NCBI GenBank assembly: GCA_034933245.1
Contig: JAYFNX010000015.1
Coordinates: forward strand, 6,127 to 70,126
Length of the DNA: 64,000 nucleotides
Direction: 5' to 3'
DNA from: Candidatus Pelethousia sp.
Lineage (GTDB): Bacteria > Bacillota > Clostridia > Christensenellales > CAG-138
A model generated the notes under the pieces. It was not told the origin of the DNA and did no database searches. It saw only the letters and a list, made by a program, of their open reading frames with translations. The position numbers and the translations under genes are program-made. Positions 1 to 9,484 of the stretch are shown piece by piece. Position 1 is the stretch's first letter. Each line of letters begins with the position of its first letter.

Positions 1-20
1 AAAAAAAGGAAGCGATCCCC

Positions 21-49
21 TTGACAACGCTCGCAGGCCGATGTATCCT
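21..49 (+). promoter_or_regulatory. sigma-A-type promoter of the cysK(pseudo)-cysE unit
   Basis: TTGACA (21-26), 17-bp spacer, TATCCT (44-49). Confidence 0.6.
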
Positions 50-56
50 ATTGTTT

Positions 57-81
57 AATTCTTACTAAGTTAATTGGAATT
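57..81. promoter_or_regulatory. CymR/Rrf2-type operator
   Basis: Imperfect 25-bp palindrome AATTCTTACTAAGTTAATTGGAATT just downstream of the -10 and upstream of cysteine synthesis genes; resembles the CymR box (AAW-C..A.T....ATxGGWWTT). Confidence 0.6.
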
Positions 82-122
82 TAGTTGGTTGGGTTTCTAT
101 TCTTCGCTAGGGGGATTTAGCT

Positions 123-560
123 ATGGCTGTTGGGAAACGCATGGATGGGCGGATTGACCGCACGCTGCTCTGGCGGCTTTCGCGGTATGGATCGGTTCAG
201 AACTGCTGTAGCCATTTCCTGGCAAAATCCACGCTTGGGCATTTACTTTTCCACTGTTCTTCCGGGTGGTGCTCGGAGGTATAAGCGCCAATTCCTTTGC
301 GCTTGGTCTGTTTTGGTTCTTCGTTTCTCCGGCGTCTTCAACTTCTTCGCGTCGGATGGGGAGAAGCGAGATTTGGTATAAATTGGGCTGCGGTTGCAAG
401 TTCAGCTAGGGCTACGGGCATTTCTGTTCGCACCGCAATACAGAGGGGCACATATGCTGGAGCAAAGGGTACCGGTGTACCTGTTGCCCTGGTTTTGCAC
501 CCACAAACAAAAATATTTGGAAAGGATCCCCTCGTCCCGCCTGTGCCGCAAGGCATGGTT
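123..560 (+). pseudogene. cysK: decayed cysteine synthase (cysK) remnant
   Basis: RBS GGGGA then ATG123. MAVGKRMDGRIDRTLLWRLSRY...FLAK resembles the CysK N-terminus (IGRTPLxxLSxY...LLAK) and stops at 284. A later segment, GISV...RGTYAG...HPQTKIFGKDP..PPV, resembles CysK DIFVAGVGTGGTITG...NPxIKIIGVEP..SPV. It lies directly upstream of cysE. The end coordinate is approximate. Confidence 0.5.
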
Positions 561-588
561 TTCAGCTGGACGGGTAAAAAATAAAACT

Positions 589-1203
589 ATGTTTCAGCGC
601 TTAAATGAATTGCTGACGGCCTATAAGCAAAAGGACCCGGCAGCCCACTCCAAATTCGAAATATTTCTTCTCTATCCCGGGGTTCACGCCATCATCTGCC
701 ACCGGGTGGCCCATTGGTTTTACAAAAAAAACCTGCGGTTTCTAGCTCGCTGGGTTTCGGAAGGCGCCAGGCGGCGCACCGGGATCGACATCCATCCCGG
801 GGCGACCATTGGGCGCCGTCTGGTCATGGACCACGGCACGGGAATCGTCATTGGAGAAACGGCTGTTCTAGGAAACGATATCCTTCTTTATCAGGGGGCC
901 ACCTTGGGCGGTAGCGGCAAGGATGTGGGCAAGCGTCACCCCACTTTAGAGGATCATGTAACCGTGGGGGCGGGAGCCAAGATTTTAGGCAGCTTCACCG
1001 TGGGCCGCGGCAGCCGCATCGCCGCCAATGCCGTAGTTCTCTCAGCCGTTCCTGAAGACGCCACCGCCGTGGGCGTACCGGCCCGCGTCGTGAAAGTGGC
1101 AGGCCGGCGGATAGATGATTTGGACCATACGCACATTCCGGACCCCATCATGCAGGAGCTTTGCCGCATCAATCGCCGTATCGACGAATTGGCCCAAGGC
1201 TAA
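589..1203 (+). CDS. cysE: serine O-acetyltransferase
   Basis: DPAA, YPGVHA, TGIDIHPGA, DHGTGIVIGET, KRHPT and hexapeptide repeats; start set at ATG589 (MFQRL). Confidence 0.95.
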   Translation: MFQRLNELLTAYKQKDPAAHSKFEIFLLYPGVHAIICHRVAHWFYKKNLRFLARWVSEGARRRTGIDIHPGATIGRRLVMDHGTGIVIGETAVLGNDILLYQGATLGGSGKDVGKRHPTLEDHVTVGAGAKILGSFTVGRGSRIAANAVVLSAVPEDATAVGVPARVVKVAGRRIDDLDHTHIPDPIMQELCRINRRIDELAQG

Positions 1204-1308
1204 GCCTATAACAGAATGTTCACAATCTTCTCCCATCCAGCGGTTGAATAAGGCAGAAATGTTTTGTAAAATAATATAGCTGATAGATGGTTGAATGGGA
1301 GATTTTTT

Positions 1309-2223
1309 ATGAAAAAGCGCTTGCTGCTTATTATGAACCCAGCCGCTGGCGTAAGAAAAGCAAACCGTCATTTGACGGCCATGGTAGCCTTGTTTAATGC
1401 CCATGGCTATATTTGCACCGTGTATTGTACCGCAGGACGGGGGGATGCCACCCGTATCGCGCAAGAGAATGCCGCCTGTTTTGACTTGGTGGTATGCGTG
1501 GGTGGGGACGGAACCCTCAATGAAGTTTTGGCCGGTGTCATCGATAGCGGCGCCCAAGCGCCTATCGGTTACATTCCCGGGGGCAGTACCAACGATTTTG
1601 CCAGCAGCCTTGGCCTCTCCAAAGAAGTGCTGACCGCCGCGCAGGATATTATGGAAGGCTTACCCAGGCCTTTGGATGCAGGCTGTTTTAACGGCCGCCG
1701 TTTTTCCTATGTGGCCAGCTTCGGCGCTTTTACGGAGGCCAGTTATGCTACCCCCCAGAGCTCCAAGAATATCTTGGGGCATCTTGCTTATGTTTTGGAA
1801 GGCATGAAGGACTTGCCTAACATCCGCCCCGTGCCCCTCGCCTTGAAGGCTGCGGGGCAGCACTTTGAAGGGGAATATATCTTTGGGGCCATCAGCAACG
1901 CCACCACAATTGGCGGCATTCTCTCCCTGGATAAGCAGCTTGTCGCCCTAGACGACGGGCTTTTTGAGATTACGCTCATCAAATCTCCCCAAAACCTTGC
2001 GGAGCTCAACCGCATCGTGGTTTCGCTCCAAACCCGGCAATACGATGGGGAATTGATTTCCTTCTGCTTGGCGAATAAGGCCGTTGCTTTCGCCAATCCG
2101 AATATGCCTTGGACGTTGGATGGGGAATATGCCCCCGGCAGCGCCCATATTTGCATTGAAAATCAGCATCAGGCCTACCGCATGATCATCAATGACAAAA
2201 AGCAAGGGAGCTTTTTCCTATGA
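1309..2223 (+). CDS. diacylglycerol kinase-family (YegS/BmrU-like) lipid kinase
   Basis: NPAAG, GGDGTLNEV, IPGGSTNDFA, LDGE motifs. Confidence 0.9.
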   Translation: MKKRLLLIMNPAAGVRKANRHLTAMVALFNAHGYICTVYCTAGRGDATRIAQENAACFDLVVCVGGDGTLNEVLAGVIDSGAQAPIGYIPGGSTNDFASSLGLSKEVLTAAQDIMEGLPRPLDAGCFNGRRFSYVASFGAFTEASYATPQSSKNILGHLAYVLEGMKDLPNIRPVPLALKAAGQHFEGEYIFGAISNATTIGGILSLDKQLVALDDGLFEITLIKSPQNLAELNRIVVSLQTRQYDGELISFCLANKAVAFANPNMPWTLDGEYAPGSAHICIENQHQAYRMIINDKKQGSFFL

Positions 2224-2870
2224 GGTTAGACCTGCGTATCCCCGAATATCGCCATTGGCTATGGGCTCTCTACCTGCCGCTCTATTTGGCGGCTTTCTTT
2301 TGGGTAGAAGGTTGCATTTCGCCCGATATTCCCTATTGGATTTCTTATTGGCCCCTTGTGGATGATGCCATCCCCTTCTGCCCGCCCTTTGTGCTGGCTT
2401 ATTATTTTTGGTTTCCCTTTATGGTGGTCACCGGGCTTTATCTGGGCGCCCGCCATCCGGATTGCTTCCGGCGCTATATGAAATTCATCGCCTTGGGCTT
2501 TTCGGCCAGCATTGTGTTTTTCTTGATTTTGCCCAACGGGCAGGATCTTCGTCCGGCCACCTTGGCGGAAGACGACCTCTTCACCCGCATGATCGGCGCC
2601 ATCTACGCGGCGGATACCAACACCAATGTGCTTCCAAGCATTCATGCCTTGGGTTCTGTGGCCGTAGTAATTGCCGCCTATGACTGCCCTGCCTATAAGC
2701 CATGGTTGCGAATTACGTGCATATTGCTGGCGGCGCTCATCTGCGTCTCCACGCTTTTTATCAAGCAGCATTCCATTCTGGATATTATTACTGGCGTTTT
2801 CATGGCGGTTCCTGTATACTTTTTAATATACTCGCTGCCTCGCCGAAAGAAAAGGGAGCAGGCCGCCTGA
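2220..2870 (+). CDS. PAP2-superfamily membrane phosphatase/phosphotransferase
   Basis: Multiple TM helices; NVLPSIH and KQHSILD motifs; ATGA overlap with the kinase gene. Confidence 0.8.
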   Translation: MRLDLRIPEYRHWLWALYLPLYLAAFFWVEGCISPDIPYWISYWPLVDDAIPFCPPFVLAYYFWFPFMVVTGLYLGARHPDCFRRYMKFIALGFSASIVFFLILPNGQDLRPATLAEDDLFTRMIGAIYAADTNTNVLPSIHALGSVAVVIAAYDCPAYKPWLRITCILLAALICVSTLFIKQHSILDIITGVFMAVPVYFLIYSLPRRKKREQAA

Positions 2871-2897
2871 ATTTTTATGTAAAGGTGCAATCCTCTC

Positions 2898-3665
2898 ATG
2901 CCTGATCTATTCCACACCTTACTAATCGTATGCCCCCTTCTATTTCTCGCCGGTTTTGCCGATTCCGTGGCCGGCGGCGGCGGCGTTATTAGTGTGCCCG
3001 CAGGCATGCTCGCCGGCATCCCGATTCATACCGTATACGGTACCAATAAATTTGCCATGAGCTTCGGTACGCTTACCAGCGTGTTTCAGTATGGCCGCAG
3101 CGGCAATGTTTCCTGGCGGATCGCCCTCTTCGCCGCAGGCGGCGCTTTGGCCGGGTCCAATTTGGGTGCAAGGCTGGCCTTGCTCTTAAGTGAGCGCTAC
3201 CTAAGCTATTGTCTCATGGTTCTGCTTCCCGCGGCCGCCCTGTTTCTTGCCCTGAACAAAGGATTTGGCCAGGCGCCGAAGCCCCGGGAGTTCACCAAGC
3301 TCCAGGAAGCCGTTTTAGCCGTGCTTATCGGCTTATCCGTTGGCGCGTATGACGGTTTCTTCGGCCCCGGCGCGGGTACGTTTTATATTATCCTCTTTTG
3401 TACCGTTCTGGGCTCCGATCTGATTTTGGCCAACGGGAATGCCAAAGTGGTCAATTTGGCCAGCAACATCGGGGCGCTTACCGCTTATCTTTTAAGCGGT
3501 AAGGTATGGTTTGCCGTGGGAATTCCCATGGCGATCTGCTCCATGGCCGGCAATTATCTGGGCAGCCGGCTAGCCATTAAAAACGGCGCCCGCTTTATCC
3601 GCCCCATCATGGCTTTGATGATTGTGCTGCTTCTGCTAAAAATCGTTACGGATTTCATCCTATAA
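2898..3665 (+). CDS. TauE/SafE (TSUP) family membrane transporter
   Basis: AGFADSVAGGGG, GTNK, YDGFFGPGAG motifs; highly hydrophobic. Confidence 0.9.
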   Translation: MPDLFHTLLIVCPLLFLAGFADSVAGGGGVISVPAGMLAGIPIHTVYGTNKFAMSFGTLTSVFQYGRSGNVSWRIALFAAGGALAGSNLGARLALLLSERYLSYCLMVLLPAAALFLALNKGFGQAPKPREFTKLQEAVLAVLIGLSVGAYDGFFGPGAGTFYIILFCTVLGSDLILANGNAKVVNLASNIGALTAYLLSGKVWFAVGIPMAICSMAGNYLGSRLAIKNGARFIRPIMALMIVLLLLKIVTDFIL

Positions 3666-3709
3666 AAATCTGCCGTTATTTATGTACCAACGTTTCTTGC
3701 GGGAATCTC

Positions 3710-3760
3710 AACGGCCCGGCGCATGATCATTCGCCGGGCCGTTTGTGTTTTCCCTTTTTT
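3710..3760. terminator. terminator hairpin between convergent tauE-like gene and ppdK
   Basis: AACGGCCCGGCG / CGCCGGGCCGTT inverted repeat followed by a T-rich tract. Confidence 0.7.
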
Positions 3761-3788
3761 ATCCGCACCCCGATGGGGGCTCGCTCGC

Positions 3789-6431
3789 TTATTCTTCCGT
3801 CTTATCGTTCCTGTGCCGGATGCAGGCCTGCGCGGCCGCAAGGCGGGCGATGGGAACCCGGAAGGGAGAGCAGGATACATAATTGAGTCCTACTTGGTGG
3901 CAAAAATCCACGGTGGAAGGATCGCCGCCGTGCTCGCCGCAGATACCCAGCTTAATATCCGGCCGCACGCTACGGCCCAGCTTCACGGCCATCTTAATCA
4001 GCTTGCCCACGCCGGCTACGTCCAGCTTGGCGAAGGGGTCGAACTCGTAAATCTTCTTATCATAGTAAGAATCAAGGAACTTACCCGCATCATCCCGGCT
4101 GAAGCCAAAGGTCATCTGGCTCAGGTCGTTGGTTCCGAAGGAGAAGAACTGCGCCTCACGGGCAATCTCATCGGCAGTGAGGGCTGCGCGGGGGATTTCA
4201 ATCATCGTTCCCACGAGGTAGGGGATGTCCACATCATTTTCAGCCAGCACTTCTTTCGCGGTTTTGTCAATGATGCGCTTCACATACGCCAATTCCTTAT
4301 CCTCGCCTACCAGCGGAACCATGATTTCAGGCACCACGTTAATGCCTGTCTCCCTACGCACGTTAATGGCAGCTTCGATAACCGCGCGGGTCTGCATCTC
4401 CGCGATCTCCGGATAGGTTACGGAAAGGCGGCAGCCGCGGTGGCCCATCATGGGGTTGAACTCATGGAGGTTTGCAATGGTGCTCTTAAGCCGTTCCGGG
4501 GTGATGCCCATGGTTTTGGACAGCTCCTGAATATCCTCTTCCTTGTTCGGCAAGAACTCGTGAAGGGGCGGGTCCAGGAAGCGGATGGTAACGGGATAGC
4601 CGCCCATGGCTTTATAGATTCCCTCAAAGTCTTTACGCTGCATGGGAAGAAGCTTGTTAAGCGCATCCCGCCGCGCCTGCACGCTGGGGGCCAGGATCAT
4701 TTCCCGCATAACGGGAATCCGGTCCTCTTCAAAGAACATATGCTCCGTGCGGCAAAGGCCAATGCCTTCCGCACCGAAGCGGACGGCCACGGAAGCATCG
4801 TGCGGGGTATCCGCATTGGTGCGCACGCCCAGGCTGCGATACTTGTCCGCCCAACCCATCAGGCGGGCGAAATCGCCGCCGATTTCCGCTTCTACCGTAG
4901 GAATCTTTTCACCGTAAATATTGCCTGTGGAGCCATCGAGGGAAATATAGTCTCCCTCCTTGAATACGCGGCCGTCCAGGCTGAAGGTCTTGTTGGCCTC
5001 ATCCATGATGATATCGCCACAGCCGGAAACGCAGCAGGTACCCATGCCCCGAGCAACCACCGCCGCATGGCTGGTCATGCCGCCGCGCACGGTAAGAATG
5101 CCCTGGGAGTTATGCATACCCTCGATGTCCTCGGGGCTGGTCTCCAGCCGAACCAGGATCACCTTTTTGCCCCGGCCAACCCATTTTATAACATCTTCCG
5201 CCGAGAACACCACCCGGCCCGTGGCAGCGCCCGGAGAAGCGGGCAAGCCCCTGCCGATGGGTTTGGTGCTCTTCAGAATCTTGATGTCAAATTGGGGATG
5301 GAGCAGCGCGTCCAACTGCTTGGGGTCTACGGTCATGACGGCCTCTTCTTCGGTAATCATGCCTTCATCCACCAGATCGCATGCGATCTTCAGCGCCGCA
5401 GCCGCGGTTCGCTTACCGTTGCGGGTTTGGAGCATGAAGAGCTTCTTCGCTTCAATGGTAAACTCCATATCCTGCATATCCCGGTAATGGCGCTCCAGCT
5501 TCTCCGAGATATCCACAAATTGCTGATAGGCTTCGGGAATAATCTTGGCAAGCTCGTCTATGGTCTGGGGCGTACGCACGCCGGCCACCACATCCTCGCC
5601 CTGGGCATTCATAAGGAATTCGCCGAAGAGCTTCTTCTCGCCTGTGGCAGGATTGCGGGTAAAGGCCACGCCAGTGCCGGAGGTATTCCCCATGTTGCCG
5701 AATACCATCATCTGCACGTTTACCGCCGTACCCCAATCCGAGGGAATATCGTTCATGCGGCGGTAATAAACAGCCCTGGGATTATCCCAGCTGCGGAATA
5801 CGGCCTTAATGGCTCCCATAAGTTGTTCTTTGGGGTCCGACGGAAATTCTTTGCCGATTTTATTCTTATATTGTGCCTTAAACTGCTCCGCCAGACATTT
5901 GAGATCCTCTGCGGTAAGCTCGGTATCCAGCTTGACACCGCGCTCAGTCTTCATCTTATCAATGAGTTCCTCAAAATATTTCTTGCCAACTTCCATGACC
6001 ACGTCGGAGTACATTTGAATAAAGCGGCGGTAGGAATCGTAAGCAAAGCGCGGGTTGTTGGTCTTCTTGGCAAAGCTCTCCACCACCTCGTCGTTAAGGC
6101 CAAGGTTCAGAATGGTATCCATCATACCGGGCATGGAGGCGCGTGCACCGCTACGTACGGAAACGAGCAGGGGGTTTTCTTTATCGCCAAACTTTTTGCC
6201 GCTAAGCTTTTCCAGCTTGGCCATGTTGGCATAAATTTCATCCGCAATGGCATCGTTGATTTGCTGCGCATCCGCGTAATACTGCATACAGGCATCGGTA
6301 GTAACCGTAAAGCCATGGGGCACAGGCATGCCAAGGCCCGTCATTTCTGCCAGGTTGGCGCCTTTTCCGCCCAGCAGCTCCCGCATGCCGGCATTGCCTT
6401 CGCTAAAAAGGTATACAAACTTTTTTGCCAT
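3789..6431 (-). CDS. ppdK: pyruvate, phosphate dikinase
   Basis: LGGKGANL, SVRSGA, GGMTSHAAVVARG (phospho-His), GLCRTEHMF, GICGEHGGDP. Confidence 0.98.
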   Translation of the reverse strand: MAKKFVYLFSEGNAGMRELLGGKGANLAEMTGLGMPVPHGFTVTTDACMQYYADAQQINDAIADEIYANMAKLEKLSGKKFGDKENPLLVSVRSGARASMPGMMDTILNLGLNDEVVESFAKKTNNPRFAYDSYRRFIQMYSDVVMEVGKKYFEELIDKMKTERGVKLDTELTAEDLKCLAEQFKAQYKNKIGKEFPSDPKEQLMGAIKAVFRSWDNPRAVYYRRMNDIPSDWGTAVNVQMMVFGNMGNTSGTGVAFTRNPATGEKKLFGEFLMNAQGEDVVAGVRTPQTIDELAKIIPEAYQQFVDISEKLERHYRDMQDMEFTIEAKKLFMLQTRNGKRTAAAALKIACDLVDEGMITEEEAVMTVDPKQLDALLHPQFDIKILKSTKPIGRGLPASPGAATGRVVFSAEDVIKWVGRGKKVILVRLETSPEDIEGMHNSQGILTVRGGMTSHAAVVARGMGTCCVSGCGDIIMDEANKTFSLDGRVFKEGDYISLDGSTGNIYGEKIPTVEAEIGGDFARLMGWADKYRSLGVRTNADTPHDASVAVRFGAEGIGLCRTEHMFFEEDRIPVMREMILAPSVQARRDALNKLLPMQRKDFEGIYKAMGGYPVTIRFLDPPLHEFLPNKEEDIQELSKTMGITPERLKSTIANLHEFNPMMGHRGCRLSVTYPEIAEMQTRAVIEAAINVRRETGINVVPEIMVPLVGEDKELAYVKRIIDKTAKEVLAENDVDIPYLVGTMIEIPRAALTADEIAREAQFFSFGTNDLSQMTFGFSRDDAGKFLDSYYDKKIYEFDPFAKLDVAGVGKLIKMAVKLGRSVRPDIKLGICGEHGGDPSTVDFCHQVGLNYVSCSPFRVPIARLAAAQACIRHRNDKTEE

Positions 6432-6529
6432 GTTGTTTCCTCCCAGATTGAATTCTTATATATAAATTTCTTATATATTACCAATTTACTTCTCAGCACA
6501 AGAGAGCCCCGATCCATCAAGGCTTCATC

Positions 6530-6557
6530 ATTATAACATACAGAGGGAAATAATCAA
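6530..6557 (-). promoter_or_regulatory. sigma-A promoter of ppdK
   Basis: Minus strand TTGATT-16-TATAAT with extended TG. Confidence 0.55.
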
Positions 6558-6686
6558 CTATTTTCAACGTAGTTTTGCAGCGCTTCTTGCATTTTGTTTA
6601 TCTAATATTTAACGTAATGACTTGTGGGTTGCATATTGTGACATATTTCGCGTTCTTAGCGATGCTTATACCATTCGGAAACGGGT

Positions 6687-7418
6687 TTAGATCTGCCCCG
6701 CTGCCCGGAACTTGCGATCCAGCATATATTCAGCATAAGCATTAAGGGCGGTCTTTAATTCCTCCCGCACGCGTTTGGGAAGCGCGACTTTCTCCATTTC
6801 CCGGTTGGATAGCAAAAGCATCCGGCGCGCCGCCTCCAAAGAAAGCGGGCTAACGGCCATGCTGTCGGACCCCATGCAGGCGCGGCATACGGCTCCGCCC
6901 GAACCCGGATCAAATCCCATCTGGGATAAGGGCCGCAAATCCGCCCCGCAGCGGGCGCAGTGGGTAAGGCGGGGGGTATATCCCAGGATAGCCAGGCAGC
7001 GCATCAAGAAACAAACGGCCATATCCGTTGGGTTTTGTTTCCCATAGGCAGTGTAGCTAAGGGCATAGTAAAGCAAATCGAAAAGCTCCTCGCTTTGCTG
7101 TCCCTTCGGCGTGCAGGCCTCCGTTACCGAAAGCATGTAGGCCCCGGCCGCCAGACGATCCATATCCTCCCGCAAGGAATAGAAGCGCTCCCGCACATCG
7201 CATGCATCCACCGTATATCGGCCCCGGCCTTCAAACAGAACGAACTCGCCATAGGTGAAAATCTCGCTACAGCTCAAAAGGCTGGAGTCAGGCCTGCGGC
7301 AACCCCGGGCGGATGCGCTCACCGTTCCCCGTTCTCTGGTGAAGATGGTGAGAATCCGGTCGTTATCCCGGTAGTTCGCATAGCGCAGCACAATGCCCGT
7401 AATCGTAAGGCTTGCCAT
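6687..7418 (-). CDS. recO: DNA repair protein RecO
   Basis: GIVLR...DRILTIFT..G..SASARG, CxxC...CxxC zinc motif; downstream of era. Confidence 0.95.
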   Translation of the reverse strand: MASLTITGIVLRYANYRDNDRILTIFTRERGTVSASARGCRRPDSSLLSCSEIFTYGEFVLFEGRGRYTVDACDVRERFYSLREDMDRLAAGAYMLSVTEACTPKGQQSEELFDLLYYALSYTAYGKQNPTDMAVCFLMRCLAILGYTPRLTHCARCGADLRPLSQMGFDPGSGGAVCRACMGSDSMAVSPLSLEAARRMLLLSNREMEKVALPKRVREELKTALNAYAEYMLDRKFRAAGQI

Positions 7419-7529
7419 GCTATCCTCCTTCCAGATTTGTCATGGATTGCTTGGCATGTGGGATCTACAACCCGCGGATACTAAAAGGAGACAGCATACA
7501 TAGCCTGTCCCATGAAAGGAGACATGCCC

Positions 7530-7670
7530 ATGAAGGATACCGTGCCCCGGCAGAAATGGAATCACTTCTCCAAAACCGGCCGTCCGGAGGATTATATGGC
7601 CTATCGGGAAGAGGAAAAGCGGCAAAGCGGCGAAACAGAAAGTTCAGGCCCTCGCCGCCCGCTCCTATAG
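7530..7670 (+). CDS. YqzL-like small protein (46 aa), not in the ORF track
   Basis: RBS AAAGGAG then ATG7530: MKDTVPRQKWNHFSKTGRPEDYMAYREEEKRQ...; WxxFxKTGxxxxYxxYxE is the YqzL pattern; located between era and recO. Confidence 0.7.
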   Translation: MKDTVPRQKWNHFSKTGRPEDYMAYREEEKRQSGETESSGPRRPLL

Positions 7671-7746
7671 GATACGGAGCGGGCTGATTAGCCCACTCGG
7701 TTATTATCATCAATTTGCGGGTCATGCAAAAAGCATCCCGCAAATT

Positions 7747-8631
7747 TTATTCATAGCCCAGTTCTCCAAGCATGGCGGCGCTGTTGCGCCAATCCTCTTT
7801 CACCTTGACCCAAAGCTGAAGGTTCACCTTGTTCCCCAAAAGCCACTCGATATCCTTGCGGGCCTCCGTACCGATTCGCTTGAGCATGGCCCCCTGTTTT
7901 CCGATAACGATTCCCTTATGTCCATTCCGCTCACAATAGATGGTAGCCCAGATATCCTGCACGCCATCCTCTCTTTGTTCCATTTTATCCACGCCTACGC
8001 CCAAACCGTGCGGCACTTCTTCCCGCAGCATCTGTAGCGCCTTCTCCCGGATGATCTCCCCGCAAAGGATTCGCTCGGGCTGATCCGTAACCATATCATC
8101 CGGAAAATACTGCGGCCCCTCCACCAAATAGGATGCCAGCGCCTCGGTAAGCTGATCCACGCCTCTTCCCTCCAAAGCGGAAAGTTTCACCACTTGCCGG
8201 ATGCAGGGCTCCTTTTCCAGCCTTTCCCGGGCGGTCTCAATATCGTCCAGCGTACAAAGATCCGCCTTGTTAATGCCTGCCACCACGGGTGCTTTTGCTT
8301 CCCGGAGCTTTTCGAGAATGGCCTCATCCTTGCGGCCTATGCCGCGCTTTGCATCAACAAGAAAAAGAATAGCCTCTACCTCGTGGAGGGCTTCGTAGGC
8401 TACCTTCAACATATAATCCCCTAAACGGTTCTTCGGCGTAATCACGCCGGGGGTATCTAAAAAGACGATTTGCCAGCCCGGCCGCGTCATCACGCCCATG
8501 ATGCGGTTGCGCGTGGTTTGGGCCTTATCCGAAACAATGGATACCTTTTGCCCAACCAGGCGATTCATAAGCGTGCTTTTGCCCACATTGGGAGAGCCGA
8601 TGATGGCTACAAATCCCGAACGGTATGTCAT
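7747..8631 (-). CDS. era: GTPase Era
   Basis: GSPNVGKSTL, QTTRNRI, DTPG, NKAD, EEVPH, KGIVIGK (KH domain). Confidence 0.98.
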   Translation of the reverse strand: MTYRSGFVAIIGSPNVGKSTLMNRLVGQKVSIVSDKAQTTRNRIMGVMTRPGWQIVFLDTPGVITPKNRLGDYMLKVAYEALHEVEAILFLVDAKRGIGRKDEAILEKLREAKAPVVAGINKADLCTLDDIETARERLEKEPCIRQVVKLSALEGRGVDQLTEALASYLVEGPQYFPDDMVTDQPERILCGEIIREKALQMLREEVPHGLGVGVDKMEQREDGVQDIWATIYCERNGHKGIVIGKQGAMLKRIGTEARKDIEWLLGNKVNLQLWVKVKEDWRNSAAMLGELGYE

Positions 8632-9041
8632 TGCATATCCCTCGCGCTGAAAGCTTCGGGCAAAAGCTCACCCAAGGCGAAAATTCTATATTCCCCCGTC
8701 CGGTTAGCGCAGACCACAGGCATTTCCGCATCACAAAACTCGCTGAGAACCTGGCGGCAAACGCCGCAGGGCATGGCATAATTCTCACCATCCCAAATAA
8801 TGGCCAAGGCGTCAAAATCCCGTTCGCCCTCATATACCGCTTTAAATATGGCGCTGCGCTCGGCGCATATGCTGGGACTATAAGCGGCGTTTTCAATGTT
8901 GCAGCCCATATAATAAGCCCCGTTGCTGGCCTTAAGGCAGGCGCCCACCCGAAAGTTGGAATAAGGTACATAGGCACGGCTTCTGGCTTCCGTAGCCATA
9001 CGCACCATGCTCCTGGCTTCAAATTCATGTATATTGCTCAT
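8628..9041 (-). CDS. cdd: cytidine deaminase
   Basis: AYVPYSNFRVGA, NIENAAY, CAE, PCGVCRQ. Confidence 0.97.
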   Translation of the reverse strand: MSNIHEFEARSMVRMATEARSRAYVPYSNFRVGACLKASNGAYYMGCNIENAAYSPSICAERSAIFKAVYEGERDFDALAIIWDGENYAMPCGVCRQVLSEFCDAEMPVVCANRTGEYRIFALGELLPEAFSARDMQ

Positions 9042-9484
9042 CGTAATACTCCCATCTCGATCAATATTTCATCCTGTTTGGCAAACATGCGCGCAGCATC
9101 TTCTTGCCGCATATGATCGTAACCTAAAAGGTGGAGCGCGCCATGCACCGTCAGAAAACTCAACTCCCGTAAAAGTGAATGGCCGTATTCCACTGCCTGT
9201 TCCTCTGCCCTGGGCAGGGAGATCACGATATCCCCTAAAAATCCATCCGGGACGCCGATGATATCCTCGCCTTCTTCCATAGGAAAACTGAGGACATCCG
9301 TGGGACGATCCACACTTCTAAAATCCCGGTTGAGGGCATGGATTTCCGCATCGTCCACTACCGTGGCTGAAAGCCAGGCATCCCCTGCCTTCTCGTGGGA
9401 CAAGGCGGCTTCCGCCGCCCGCATAACGATGGCTTGCATGTCCAAGCCTTCCGGTGGCGTTATCCGCAGGCATACTTCTATCAT
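9038..9484 (-). CDS. ybeY: rRNA maturation endoribonuclease YbeY
   Basis: PTDVLSF, HGALHLLGYDH. Confidence 0.97.
   Translation of the reverse strand: MIEVCLRITPPEGLDMQAIVMRAAEAALSHEKAGDAWLSATVVDDAEIHALNRDFRSVDRPTDVLSFPMEEGEDIIGVPDGFLGDIVISLPRAEEQAVEYGHSLLRELSFLTVHGALHLLGYDHMRQEDAARMFAKQDEILIEMGVLR

Noticed and set aside
123-284. Cys-containing 53-aa ORF as an attenuator leader peptide for cysE
   Set aside because: Better explained as the frameshifted N-terminus of a cysK pseudogene; no terminator/antiterminator pair is evident.
255-300. T-box riboswitch upstream of cysE (GGGTGGTGCTCG)
   Set aside because: Lacks the UGGNACC T-box bulge, the stem I AG/GNUG motifs and a following terminator.
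3723-6536. 937-aa ORF on the + strand
   Set aside because: Exact antisense shadow of ppdK; no RBS or recognisable motifs. Such stop-free antisense frames are expected from codon bias in GC-rich, highly expressed genes.
6636-6653. Rex operator upstream of ppdK (TTGTGACATATTTCGCGT)
   Set aside because: Four mismatches to TTGTGAA-N4-TTCACAA and a poor right half-site.
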